A DNA stretch of 64,000 nt from a bacterium (GTDB lineage: Bacteria > UBA8248): positions 2,400,001-2,464,000 of the forward strand of contig CBDBZU010000004.1 in assembly GCA_965213625.1 (NCBI GenBank), written 5' to 3'. The first letter of the stretch is position 1, and the number at the start of each line of letters is the position of its first letter. A program made the translations under genes and the position numbers. Shown here in pieces: positions 47,830 to 57,398 of this stretch. Below the pieces are notes generated by a model that was not told the origin of the DNA, did not search any database, and was given only the letters and a program-made list of their open reading frames with translations.

Positions 47830-50157
47830 TTAAGCCCTCTTCTCGGCGATGGCGCGCCACAGTTTTTCGGGGCGCAGCGGCATGTCGATGTGCGTGATAC
47901 CGAATGGCGAAAGCGCGTCGAGCACGGCGTTCACCACGGCGGGTGTGGAGCCGATGGTGCCGGCCTCACCCACGCCCTTCGCGCCCAGCGGGTTCACGTC
48001 CGTCGGCGTGGTGGTGTGCAGAAGCTCGAAGCGTGGCAGCCTGTTCGCCTTAGGCAAAGCGTAGTGCATGAACGATGCGTTCAGCGGCTGCCCGCCCTCG
48101 CCGTAAATCATCTCTTCTTCCAGCGCCTGTCCCAACCCCTGGGCGATGCCGCCGTGGATCTGCCCGTGCACGAGCAGCGGGTTGATCATGTTGCCCACGT
48201 CATCCACCGCCACGTAGCGGAGAATTTCCACATCGCCCGTTTCCGGGTCGACCTCGGCCAGTACGATATGCGTCCCGAAGGGGAAGGTGAAGTTGCTCGG
48301 CTCAAAGAAGTGGGTTTCCTCGAGGCCCGGATCGGTGTCTTCGGGAAGCGCGATGGCACTGTAGGCCATCATCGCGATCTCGGCGAAGCCGGCCGATTTC
48401 TCGGGTGCGCTCCTGACGAATACTTTGCCGTCCTCGAATTCGATGTCGTTCTCGTCCGCCTCGAATTCCATCGCCGCGAACTTGGCCATCTTGGCTCGCA
48501 CCTTGTCGCGCGCGTAGACGACCGCCGAGCCGCCGACCACGGTACCCCGGCTGCCGAAAGTGCCCACGCCGTAGGGCACGACGTCGGTGTCTCCATGGAT
48601 GACGGTCACGTCGTTCGTGTCGATGCCGAGACCGTCCGCCACGATCTGGGCGAATGACGTCTGTTGGCCCTGCCCGTGGGGCGATGCGCCCGAAAAAACG
48701 GTGGCCTTGCCGGTGGGCTCCACGCGTACCCGCGCGCTCTCCCAGCCCTGGCCGCCCAGTGCGGCGGAGGGTCCCATGCCGCAAATCTCGACGTAGGTCG
48801 AAAAGCCGATTCCCAGATATCTGCCGTCTTTTCTGGCTTCTTCCTGCTGCGTGCGCATGGCGGAGTAATCCGCCGCTTCGAGCGCGAGGTCGAGCGCCTG
48901 ATGGTAATCCCCGCTGTCGTAGCTGAGGCCGGCGGACGTGCTGAAGGGGAACTCGGATTTGTCCGGGAAATTTTTGCGCCTGATTTCCACGGGGTCCATG
49001 CCCAGCTCTATCGCCGCGATGTCCATCATGCGTTCCAGGATATATGTCGCCTCGGGACGGCCAGCGCCCCGGTAGGCGTCGGTCGCCACCTTGTTGGTGA
49101 ACACGCCGGTGGCGTTCATCTCGATGTTCTCGATTTTGTAGGGGCCGGGCAGCATCAAACCCGTCAGCGTAAAGATGGCCACGGTGAGCAACTGGTAGTA
49201 GGCCCCGCAATCGGCGAGCACGTTGTAGCGGAACGCGGTGATGGTGCCGTCGTTCTTGAGGCCCATTTCGACATCGCCCACCTGGCCGCGCCCGTGGATG
49301 GTGGTCATGAAGTTCTCGGAACGGCTTTCCACCCACTTGATCGGCACGCCGAGTTCGCGCGAGACGAAGGCGGCCAGCGCCTCTTCGCGGTAGATGTTGA
49401 GCTTGCTGCCGAAGCCGCCGCCTACTTCTGGGGCGATGACGCGCATGCGGTTTTCCGGCATCCCGATCTGGAGCGCCACCAGCGTGCGCACCTTGTGCGG
49501 CACCTGGGTGGAGGTCCAGATCGTCAACTTGTCCTCACCGGGGAGGTAGTGGGCCAGAACGCCTCTGGGCTCGAGTGCCAGCGGGGCGACTCTGGCGTTG
49601 GTGATTTTCTCCTTGACGATGACGTCGGCCTCACTCATGCCGGCTTCCACGTCGCCGCCTGCGATTCCCCACTTGAACGCCTCGTTGCTCTCATAGGCGT
49701 CGTGCACCTTGGGAGAGCCGGACTCGATAGCAGCTTCCAGGTCCACCACGGCGTCGAGCGGTTCGTAGTCGATATCAACCAAGTCCGCCGCGTCGCGCGC
49801 GCCGTAGCGCGTCTCGGCAATCACCGCGACGACTGGCTCGCCCGCGAACAGCGTCTGTTTATCGGCCAGTATCGGCTGCTCGGGAACCTTGGCGTCGGGT
49901 ACGAGGCCGCCCACGGGAACGGGGCCGATGCCCTTTGTTTCCTCGTGCGTGTAGACGGCGACGACGCCTTCCGCCGCGGCCGCCTTGGAGACGTCGACCG
50001 AGCGTATATTGGCTTTGCCGTACGGGCTTCTCACCACCGCCATGTGCAGGGTGCCGGTTGGGTTGAAATCGTCCACGTAGTGGGCGAGGCCTTGAATGAG
50101 ACGCGGATCGTCTCGTCTTTTGATTGGTGCGCCGATGAATTTGGGTGCCTGGGCCAT
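47830..50157 (-). CDS. coxL: Molybdopterin large subunit, form II CoxL-like
   Basis: GGGFGSK, active-site AYRGAGRPEA, GQG, GTFGSR, GAKGVGEAG. Confidence 0.9.
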   Translation of the reverse strand: MAQAPKFIGAPIKRRDDPRLIQGLAHYVDDFNPTGTLHMAVVRSPYGKANIRSVDVSKAAAAEGVVAVYTHEETKGIGPVPVGGLVPDAKVPEQPILADKQTLFAGEPVVAVIAETRYGARDAADLVDIDYEPLDAVVDLEAAIESGSPKVHDAYESNEAFKWGIAGGDVEAGMSEADVIVKEKITNARVAPLALEPRGVLAHYLPGEDKLTIWTSTQVPHKVRTLVALQIGMPENRMRVIAPEVGGGFGSKLNIYREEALAAFVSRELGVPIKWVESRSENFMTTIHGRGQVGDVEMGLKNDGTITAFRYNVLADCGAYYQLLTVAIFTLTGLMLPGPYKIENIEMNATGVFTNKVATDAYRGAGRPEATYILERMMDIAAIELGMDPVEIRRKNFPDKSEFPFSTSAGLSYDSGDYHQALDLALEAADYSAMRTQQEEARKDGRYLGIGFSTYVEICGMGPSAALGGQGWESARVRVEPTGKATVFSGASPHGQGQQTSFAQIVADGLGIDTNDVTVIHGDTDVVPYGVGTFGSRGTVVGGSAVVYARDKVRAKMAKFAAMEFEADENDIEFEDGKVFVRSAPEKSAGFAEIAMMAYSAIALPEDTDPGLEETHFFEPSNFTFPFGTHIVLAEVDPETGDVEILRYVAVDDVGNMINPLLVHGQIHGGIAQGLGQALEEEMIYGEGGQPLNASFMHYALPKANRLPRFELLHTTTPTDVNPLGAKGVGEAGTIGSTPAVVNAVLDALSPFGITHIDMPLRPEKLWRAIAEKRA

Positions 50158-50160
50158 CTC

Positions 50161-50643
50161 TTATTCCCTCATCTGAGCCGCCGCCGCGGATATGGCGTCG
50201 ACGATGTTTTGATAACCCGTGCAGCGGCATATGTTGCCTTCGATGCCGTGCCTGATTTCCTCGTCCGTCGGATCGGAGTTGGTCGCAATGAGCTGGTTCG
50301 CCGTCAGGATCATGCCCGGTGTGCAGAAGCCGCATTGCAATCCGTGTTTTTCCCAGAACTGCTCTTGAAGCGGATGGAGCTGATCCCCATTGGCGAGTCC
50401 CTCGATGGTCGTGACCGCGCAGCCATCCGCCTGCGCGGCCAGGACAGTGCAGCTTTTCACCGCCTTGCCGTCCATCAGGACGGTGCATGCTCCGCAAATC
50501 GAGGTTTCACACGCGATGTGCGTGCCTGTCAGGCCGGCGTCATCGCGCAACAGGTGAACAAGAAGGGTTCTGGGTTCCACGTCGAACGTCCGGCTCTCGC
50601 CGTTGATGCTGATATTGATTTCCAAGGTCTTCGGGCCCCCCAC
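50161..50643 (-). CDS. coxS: 2x[2Fe-2S] small subunit (CoxS/CutS)
   Basis: C....CGACTV, KSC, QCGFCTPG, CRCTGY. Confidence 0.93.
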   Translation of the reverse strand: MGGPKTLEINISINGESRTFDVEPRTLLVHLLRDDAGLTGTHIACETSICGACTVLMDGKAVKSCTVLAAQADGCAVTTIEGLANGDQLHPLQEQFWEKHGLQCGFCTPGMILTANQLIATNSDPTDEEIRHGIEGNICRCTGYQNIVDAISAAAAQMRE

Positions 50644-50867
50644 GCATGAAAAAAAGTTCGAAGCGAATCCCCGATATGGGAGTCTATCGCCTCACCGAAG
50701 AATTGCGTTCCTCCACGATATGATCGAGTGAAAACATTATTGATGATAGGGCGAGGCCGTGTCAAGACGAAACTTTTTGAGGGCGGGAGCCGGGGTGTTT
50801 CGAGCCTCTCATCGTCTTTCGGGGAAAATGCGTGTAGGATACCTCTATCTCGCCGCCTGAACAGGAT

Positions 50868-51995
50868 ATGACAATGGCCCACGCAGGTTTCGCCACGACA
50901 GAGGGCACGAAAAGCTACGCAGAGGCCCATTCACCGGTCTGTCATCCCGATCATTACAGGCAGCTGAACGGCCTTTGGCTCTCCTCCATCGGGGTCGGCA
51001 CCTATCTCGGAGAAGCGGACGAGGCGACCGACGCCGCTTATCGAGAATCCGTGGCCGCCGTCGTCCGCGGCGGTTTCAACGTCATCGACACGGCGGTGAA
51101 CTACCGCTTCCAGCGCAGCGAGAGGAACATCCGCGCAGCGCTGGACGATCTGTTTGCGGCAGGCGAGGTGAGCAGGGATGCGCTGGTCATATCCACCAAG
51201 GGAGGGTTTATCCCCTTCGACACTCATCCACCCACCGGGCAGGCGGATTTTACCGAGTACATGAGGAAAACCTATTTCGAGCCCGGGGTTTGCACGCCCG
51301 AGGATATCGTTGCGAACTGCCACTGCATGACGCCTGCGTATATCAGACACGAACTCGACGCGAGTCTCGCCAATTTAGGGTTGGATACCATCGACATCTA
51401 CTACGTCCACAATCCCGAAACGCAGCTTCAGGAAGTCTCGCGCGAGGTTTTCCTGAGCAGGCTCAAGGAAGCCTTCGAGGCGCTCGAGGGCGCCGTGGCC
51501 GAGGGGAAGATCAGAAGCTACGGCACGGCCACCTGGAACGGGTATCGCATGGAGCCGGGTAAGGGGGAGTATCTCTCGCTGGCTGAGGTGCTCGGAGCGG
51601 CGCAAGCCGCGGGCGGTGAGAATCATCACTTCAGGGTCGTTCAGCTGCCGCTGAATCTGGGCATGCCCGAGGCTTTCTCCAAGCCAAACCAGAGCCTAAA
51701 CGGCGAGACGACGTGCTTTCTCGCCGCCGCCGCCCAAAGAGGCGTCACCGTCATGACGAGCGGCTCGATACTCCAGGGACGCGCCGCCGAGGGGCTTCCT
51801 CCCATAATAGGGGAGGTGTTCCCGGGGTTTTCCACCGACGGGCAGCGCGCCATACAGTTTACCCGCAGCGCGCCCGGCGTGGCCGTCGCTCTTGTAGGTA
51901 TGCGGCAGATGGACCATGTCGTCCAGAACATGGAAGTGGCCCAGTCCCCGCCCGCTCCCTTTGAGGATTTCATCCGCCTGTTCCGCGAAGAATAG
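50868..51995 (+). CDS. Aldo/keto reductase
   Basis: S.IG.GT, DTA.NY, STKGG, S..NLG...ID.YYVHNP, GKIR.YG. Confidence 0.9.
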   Translation: MTMAHAGFATTEGTKSYAEAHSPVCHPDHYRQLNGLWLSSIGVGTYLGEADEATDAAYRESVAAVVRGGFNVIDTAVNYRFQRSERNIRAALDDLFAAGEVSRDALVISTKGGFIPFDTHPPTGQADFTEYMRKTYFEPGVCTPEDIVANCHCMTPAYIRHELDASLANLGLDTIDIYYVHNPETQLQEVSREVFLSRLKEAFEALEGAVAEGKIRSYGTATWNGYRMEPGKGEYLSLAEVLGAAQAAGGENHHFRVVQLPLNLGMPEAFSKPNQSLNGETTCFLAAAAQRGVTVMTSGSILQGRAAEGLPPIIGEVFPGFSTDGQRAIQFTRSAPGVAVALVGMRQMDHVVQNMEVAQSPPAPFEDFIRLFREE

Positions 51996-52110
51996 TTTCA
52001 GAAAAAAATCTCCCGCCGGCCCTTTTCCAGGCCCATGCTCTTCCCATAGAATGCGCGGCGAATCTCGACACTACGCTTCTCGACAGCATTCATTCCTAGA
52101 TGGAGGAAAC

Positions 52111-53385
52111 ATGCGCAGACCCTCATATCACCCAAACCCCATACGCGGCGGCGGCAACGACGCCTACACCGGAGTGGACCACGTACTCACCGAACCCTGG
52201 GAAGAAGAGGCGCACAACGTCCGCCTCGTCGCCCATTCTGACTTGAACGGCTGGGGCGACGCCTTCCAGATTCAGGTGAGCGGCGGCATCTGTTACGTCG
52301 CGGCCTCGGGCGTGAACGGCCACGACGGCATGACGATTCTGGACGTCAAGGACCCGGCGAATCCCAAGATCATCAACCAGCTCGTCGACAGCCCCGCTGC
52401 GCGCACGCACAAGGTGCTCCGTATCAACGACGAGGTGCTGCTCACGAACTCCGAACTCAGGCCCGCCCTGCGTGAGCAGTACCCCGACGCCATCGGCGGC
52501 CTGCGCATTTTCGACAACTGCGACCCGTTCCACCCAAAATTCGTGAACTACGTGGAAACGGATGGGTTCGGCATTCACAGGCCGATCTATGACCGAAAGC
52601 GCCAGCTTCTCTACAGTTCTGGCTTCAAGGACGGCTATGCGGGCAAGGTGCTCCTCGTTCATGACATGAAGGACCCCTGGGCGCCCGAGTTCATCGGCAT
52701 GGGCCACGTCCCCGGCCAGAAAGACGGCGAAGAACCCTCCTGGGACCCCGAGATCGTGGGCGACGGCGGGTGGATTCACGAGGGTAACCCCTGGGGTAAC
52801 TACGTGACGGCGGGCTATTGGGACGCCGGCATCGCGCTCTTCGATCTGACCGACCCGACGAAGCCCGAACTCATGTGGCGCCACAACCCGCATGAGACGC
52901 ATGGCTGGGCGGGCTGCTACCATAGTTTCATTGTGCCGGAGGGGTCGGAATTCGGCATCGTGACGCAGGAGACCACCACGGTGAACTGCGACGACCCGCC
53001 CGCGTTCGTGACTTTCTACGATTTGAGGAACATCCACGAGCCGCTGCCGGTGAGCACGTTCATGCCCTATGAGATCGACCCGATCGAGATGCGCCCCCTC
53101 GATGATAAATGGAACAAGACGGGCTCGCGCCACGGCGCGCACAACATCTGGCTCGACATGACGAAGGACGACCTCATGTATATCACCTGGTTCAACGCGG
53201 GCCTCCGCGTGGTGGACTGGTCGAATCCGTTCCGTCCCAAGGAGGTGGGCTACTACATCCCCGCCGGCACGAAGGAGCGCTGCTGCCCGCAGAGCAACGA
53301 CGTGCAGGTGGACAAGGACACGGGCCTCATCTACATGGCCGACCGCTGGGGGCTGGGTCTCCACATCATGGAGTACACGGGCTAA
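52111..53385 (+). CDS. LVIVD-repeat beta-propeller protein (possible metallohydrolase)
   Basis: Repeated LDV.DP.NP, D..DP..P units; conserved His residues (THK, IHR, IHE, YHS, AHN); W.N.GLRV.D.S.P..P.EVGY. Confidence 0.82.
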   Translation: MRRPSYHPNPIRGGGNDAYTGVDHVLTEPWEEEAHNVRLVAHSDLNGWGDAFQIQVSGGICYVAASGVNGHDGMTILDVKDPANPKIINQLVDSPAARTHKVLRINDEVLLTNSELRPALREQYPDAIGGLRIFDNCDPFHPKFVNYVETDGFGIHRPIYDRKRQLLYSSGFKDGYAGKVLLVHDMKDPWAPEFIGMGHVPGQKDGEEPSWDPEIVGDGGWIHEGNPWGNYVTAGYWDAGIALFDLTDPTKPELMWRHNPHETHGWAGCYHSFIVPEGSEFGIVTQETTTVNCDDPPAFVTFYDLRNIHEPLPVSTFMPYEIDPIEMRPLDDKWNKTGSRHGAHNIWLDMTKDDLMYITWFNAGLRVVDWSNPFRPKEVGYYIPAGTKERCCPQSNDVQVDKDTGLIYMADRWGLGLHIMEYTG

Positions 53386-53475
53386 GTTTCATCATTGCCT
53401 GCCCGGCGGTGACACGGATGTGCGGCATCGTTTTCACCTGATTGAGGACGCGGGCAGTTACTGAATTTTCGTTGG

Positions 53476-53526
53476 AAGAAGGGCCGCGGAGCGAGAGATT
53501 CGATTCTCACGCCCGCGGCCCTTTTT
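53476..53526. terminator. Stem-loop terminator
   Basis: AAGAAGGGCCGCGG...CCGCGGCCCTTTTT. Confidence 0.7.
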
Positions 53527-53637
53527 CTCTTGAAGAAGATGGGCGCGGGCTCTACTCGCACCTTTTTCAAATTCACGCCTCACTCGAAGTATGAATGTGG
53601 CGGAAAAGCCGCCTGGTGGGGTATTCTCCCCACACCT

Positions 53638-53723
53638 GCCCGGGTGGTGGAATGGTAGACACTAGGGACTTAAAATCCCTTGGCCGAGAGGCCGTGCCGG
53701 TTCGAGTCCGGCCCCGGGTACCA
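53638..53723 (+). tRNA. trnL: tRNA-Leu (anticodon TAA)
   Basis: Acceptor GCCCGGG/CCCGGGT-A-CCA, D-loop GGAATGGTAGAC, anticodon arm AGGGA-CTTAAAA-TCCCT, long variable arm, GGTTCGAGTCC. Confidence 0.97.
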
Positions 53724-53781
53724 TGTATACTCTCTAAGTATTTGAAAGCACTTCTGTTGCTATAGTCGGCCTTTGAAAAAG

Positions 53782-53836
53782 CCTGTGCGATGAGGTTTTC
53801 CGTCATCCATCGCGCCGGTTCCATCCGTTGAGGGAA
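53782..53836 (+). repeat. ~55-bp imperfect direct repeat, copy 1
   Basis: CCTGTGCGATGAG...CATCGCGCCGGTTCCATCCGTTGAGGGAA, repeated at 55781-55835. Confidence 0.9.
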
Positions 53837-54333
53837 GGCGCGAAAACCTGAAGCAGGCGAACAAGCCCTCCCGAACAGGCGTGGCCGGGCCAGGACCGGA
53901 CCGTTCGAGTAGAGTGCGGGATGCCACCGGCACGCGCTCTTCGGGATGCGCGCGGCGCGCCGTCGTCTTCCCGTCCTCCGAAGTTCTGCCCGCAATGTCT
54001 TATTCACCGTTATGCTCCGGCGCCACGCAACGTCCTCTCGATAACCACCGGTCGAAGCTCCATGACCCGGCCCGAATCGCGGCATCCAGGTTTCGGTGCT
54101 TGAGTGGAAAGCGAGGCAGCAATGAAATAAGCGTGAGAGACGAAGATACGGATTCGATACGAATTTTACTGTTAAAAAAGGAAATTATGGCGATGGTTCC
54201 ATACCGGCCCCGGGGCGCCATGCCGCCGTTTCCCGCGTTTCCGTGAATGCCCGAATATCCATCCAAAACGCTTAAAAACATGAAATTAGCCAAGTCTTGA
54301 TTTTCGGTTTTACCCGCTAGTGACATAAAAAAC

Positions 54334-54369
54334 TTGACGAAAAACAATATATGTACTATGTTCTATATA
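54334..54369 (+). promoter_or_regulatory. Sigma70 promoter giving a probable leaderless mRNA, with an overlapping palindromic operator
   Basis: TTGACG-17 bp-TATGTT; ATG 7 nt downstream, no SD; imperfect ATATAT...ATATAT palindrome across the -10. Confidence 0.6.
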
Positions 54370-54722
54370 TGACACATTTTGGAAGCACTATCCGAACCCA
54401 ACGTGAAAGTCTGAGACAGGAGGACCGGCGCTTTTCGCTGAGGCAGGTGGCGCAGCGGATAGGAGTCGAACCGGCCTATTTGAGCAAGATCGAGCGCGGC
54501 GACGTGGCGCCGCCTTCTGAGGCCACGACTCTGAAGCTGGCGCGGGAACTGGGCGAGGACCCGGATGTGTTGCTGGCCCTGGCGGGGAAGGTCTCGAGCG
54601 ACCTGCAGGAGATTATCCGCAAAAGGCCAAAACTGTTCGCGGAGCTGATCCGCCAGATGAGAGAGGCGCCCGATGACGCCATCCTCCGGGTGGTGCGCGA
54701 GGTGCGGGACGGAGACTGGTAA
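54369..54722 (+). CDS. XRE family HTH transcriptional regulator
   Basis: FG..IR..RE, SLRQVA.RIGV.PAYLSKIERG..APPSE. Confidence 0.9.
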   Translation: MTHFGSTIRTQRESLRQEDRRFSLRQVAQRIGVEPAYLSKIERGDVAPPSEATTLKLARELGEDPDVLLALAGKVSSDLQEIIRKRPKLFAELIRQMREAPDDAILRVVREVRDGDW

Positions 54723-54731
54723 AGGAGGATA

Positions 54732-55748
54732 ATGATGATCATTCTTAAAAACGATTGCCTGGATATCCGGTGCCCCGAGGTTCACGACCACGCCCGGTGC
54801 CAGATCGAGTTCCAGCGCACCCTTCGTATCCCGGACGACGGGGAAGATTACTTCCTGCCCCCGGGTCTGGGTTGTTTCCCGCTGCGGCACCTGGACGACT
54901 ACGCAGAGCGCCTGCCAGGGGAGTGGCTCGGCCGAGGCGGCGTGATTATGCCGATGTTCCAGGCCGAGGCCCTGTGGATCAACTTCGATTCGGGATTCAG
55001 TGGTTCTCTTCCCTATCCATTCGCGGTGAAGATCGCGACCGGAAAAATCTGCGCGCTCACCGGCGATAACTGGGTGGACCACCTGAACACCTACCCGCAG
55101 GATTACCTCGTTTTGCCCGAGCAGCCCTGGCTCGACGGCTACTGCGTCGAAAAAGGGAGAGTCCGCCAGTTCGTGGCCATGCCCCTGGGGGAGGGTTACA
55201 CCGCCGAGGAGCAGTTGCAGGGCGCCGCGCGTCTTGGCGGCCTGCAGATCGTGGCCTATCCCATGAAGCGTGAGCGCTATGAAGAGATGTGCAGAAACGT
55301 GACGGGACAGGGTTTTGTTCTGGAGAGTCCCTCGGAGATGGGCATGGGACTGGCGCCCGGCGGCCGGATGCAGCAGGAAATCTATGAGGACCCCTATGGC
55401 CTGGATGCCTGGGACCAGCGGCATCCCAGCCGGTGTTTCGTCACCATCGCCAATTCCGTCCAGTGGATGGCGATCTCGGGCGAGCGGCCGCCGGTTGAGC
55501 CGCCCACGGCCAGGGACTACACTGAGGCCGGTCTGCCCTGGTTCGATTACTACAACGCAGACGCGGAGGCCGTTTCGGGGAGTAATGTTCTAAAGTCCCT
55601 GAAGAGTGTAGGGCAGACTGGTAAGGCGAAAAGGGAGACGCCGCTGCCGGAGAACGAATCGATCGGCGCGTGCCGCGTCGTCAGTCTGCGGGATGTCAGA
55701 GGGCGCAAGGTACGGGAGTATCCCACCGGAGAAGTCGTTGATTCGTGA
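54732..55748 (+). CDS. Conserved uncharacterised protein (FQRTLRIPDD...LPPGLG family)
   Basis: AAGGAGG RBS; motifs LPPGLG.FPL, PMFQ.EALW, QDY...PEQPWLDG, RQFVAMPLG.GYT.EEQ, GLPWFDY. Confidence 0.8.
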   Translation: MMIILKNDCLDIRCPEVHDHARCQIEFQRTLRIPDDGEDYFLPPGLGCFPLRHLDDYAERLPGEWLGRGGVIMPMFQAEALWINFDSGFSGSLPYPFAVKIATGKICALTGDNWVDHLNTYPQDYLVLPEQPWLDGYCVEKGRVRQFVAMPLGEGYTAEEQLQGAARLGGLQIVAYPMKRERYEEMCRNVTGQGFVLESPSEMGMGLAPGGRMQQEIYEDPYGLDAWDQRHPSRCFVTIANSVQWMAISGERPPVEPPTARDYTEAGLPWFDYYNADAEAVSGSNVLKSLKSVGQTGKAKRETPLPENESIGACRVVSLRDVRGRKVREYPTGEVVDS

Positions 55749-55780
55749 AGCGAACTTTTAGAATTCGATTCATGCCGCAA

Positions 55781-55835
55781 CCTGTGCGATGAGATGTTCC
55801 GCTCTTCATCGCGCCGGTTCCATCCGTTGAGGGAA
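55781..55835 (+). repeat. ~55-bp imperfect direct repeat, copy 2 (contains the RBS of the CoA transferase)
   Basis: Matches 53782-53836. Confidence 0.9.
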
Positions 55836-55837
55836 AG

Positions 55838-57043
55838 ATGTCCGAATCGCAAGCCGCAGCGCCTTTGAGTGGGTTCCGGGTGCTGGATTTCACCCAGGTC
55901 GTCGCGGGTCCTTTCTGCGCCGCCATGCTGGCCGACATGGGGGCCGAGGTGGTGAAGGTTGAGCGCCCAGGCCACGGGGACGATACGCGCCGCATCACCC
56001 GCTACAAGGACCGCGAGGAGCACGAAGATTATTTCTATGCTAACAACCGGTCAAAAAAGAGCGTTGCCATCAACATGAAGACCGAGGCGGGCAAGGACGC
56101 CGTGCGGGCCCTGGCGGGTGAGGCCGATGCGCTCATCGAGAATATGGCGCCCGGCAAGCTGGCCGAACTCGGCCTGGGCTGGGAGGATGCCCGCGCGGCG
56201 AATCCCAGAATCGTCTACTGCTCGCTCTCGGGCTTCGGGCAGAGTGGCCCTTACCGCGACCGCGTAGGGCTCGACCCGATATTGCAGGCCGTCTCGGGCG
56301 TCATGAGCGTAACGGGCATGGAGGACCCCACCCAGATCGGCGCGCCGCTCGCCGACGTGCTGGCGGGTATGTTCTCCGCCTACGCCATCGTGAGCGCGCT
56401 CCATGCGGTCGCCCGCGAGGGCGAGGGCCGCTATATCGACGTGAGCATGCAGGACGCCATGGTGGCCGCTCTCGGGCCGCGCATGGGCGAGACGCTCCAG
56501 GCGGGCGTGTCGCCTGGGCGGCACGGCAACGAGAACCCCATGCGGGTGCCTGCGAACACCTACCGTACGAGCGACGGGGAGTACGTGACCGTCATCGTGC
56601 AGCACGACGGTTTCTGGCCGGGTTTTTGCCGCGCGCTGGAAGTGGAGGACTGGCTGGAGGACCCGCGTTTTCAGACCGCGCGGGCGCGCGTGGCGAACCG
56701 TAGCGCCATCAATGAGCGCGTGTCCAAAATTTTCGCATCGCGCACGATGGCCGAGTGGGAGCAGCGCCTGGAAGCCGAACGCGTGGGTTTCTCGCCGGTG
56801 AACGACTACGAGCGCGCACTCTCGGACCCGCAAGTCGCGCACCGAGGCCTCATAAGACGAGTCGCGCACCCCGTCTCGGGGGAGATTCGCGTGGTGGGCG
56901 CGCCGTGGATCATGAGCGGGGCGCAAGCCGAAGTGAAGCCGCCGCCCCTTCTCGGCCAGCATACAGCCGAAGTGCTCAGTGAATGGCTTAAATGGCCGGA
57001 GGAGGAAGTTGCGCGCTTCATGGCGGGGGAGGGGGTAAGGTAG
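55838..57043 (+). CDS. CaiB/BaiF family III CoA transferase
   Basis: PL.G.RVLD.TQV.AGP, LADMGAEVVKVE.P..GD..R, NR.KKS, SGFGQ.GPY, catalytic D in PLADVLAG, PP.LGQHT. Confidence 0.93.
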   Translation: MSESQAAAPLSGFRVLDFTQVVAGPFCAAMLADMGAEVVKVERPGHGDDTRRITRYKDREEHEDYFYANNRSKKSVAINMKTEAGKDAVRALAGEADALIENMAPGKLAELGLGWEDARAANPRIVYCSLSGFGQSGPYRDRVGLDPILQAVSGVMSVTGMEDPTQIGAPLADVLAGMFSAYAIVSALHAVAREGEGRYIDVSMQDAMVAALGPRMGETLQAGVSPGRHGNENPMRVPANTYRTSDGEYVTVIVQHDGFWPGFCRALEVEDWLEDPRFQTARARVANRSAINERVSKIFASRTMAEWEQRLEAERVGFSPVNDYERALSDPQVAHRGLIRRVAHPVSGEIRVVGAPWIMSGAQAEVKPPPLLGQHTAEVLSEWLKWPEEEVARFMAGEGVR

Positions 57044-57068
57044 GTGAGAGAAAAACAGCCCCTTGATA

Positions 57069-57091
57069 ATGATAGCATAATTTGCTAGCAT
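57069..57091. promoter_or_regulatory. FitA-type operator inverted repeat
   Basis: ATGATAGCA-TAATT-TGCTAGCAT; half-site matches the TGATAGCA of the Neisseria FitAB operator. Confidence 0.6.
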
Positions 57092-57140
57092 TTGCTTGGT
57101 AGATGTAACATCTGCATGTAGAAGAGCAGGAGGCTATGCG

Positions 57141-57398
57141 ATGAGCGCCACGATTACAGTCCGGAATATGGATGATGGGGACAAGGCTTGGGTCAGGCGT
57201 GAGGCGCGGCGTCTCGGGGTCTCGATGGAGGAGTTCGTTCGCCGTCTCATACACGAGAGACGGGAGAAGGATGAAAACCGCGCCAAGCCCTCCGAGATAT
57301 TCAAGCGATATTTTGGCCCTGAATACGGCGTTGAACTGCTGCCGCGTGTCCGCTACGGCTATCGCCCGCTCGACCTGAGCGATGGAGAGGAGGCGTGA
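57141..57398 (+). CDS. FitA-like ribbon-helix-helix antitoxin
   Basis: ATITVRNMDD..K......A...G.SMEE.VR..I; GTGA overlap with the PIN gene. Confidence 0.85.
   Translation: MSATITVRNMDDGDKAWVRREARRLGVSMEEFVRRLIHERREKDENRAKPSEIFKRYFGPEYGVELLPRVRYGYRPLDLSDGEEA

Noticed and set aside
48664-50649. 661-aa plus-strand ORF and similar long antisense ORFs (28079, 30308, 41791, 52123)
   Set aside because: Antisense shadows of well-supported genes, caused by GC-rich codon bias
53840-54347. ORFs inside the tRNA islet as an integrase remnant
   Set aside because: No tyrosine or serine recombinase motifs seen in the listed translations
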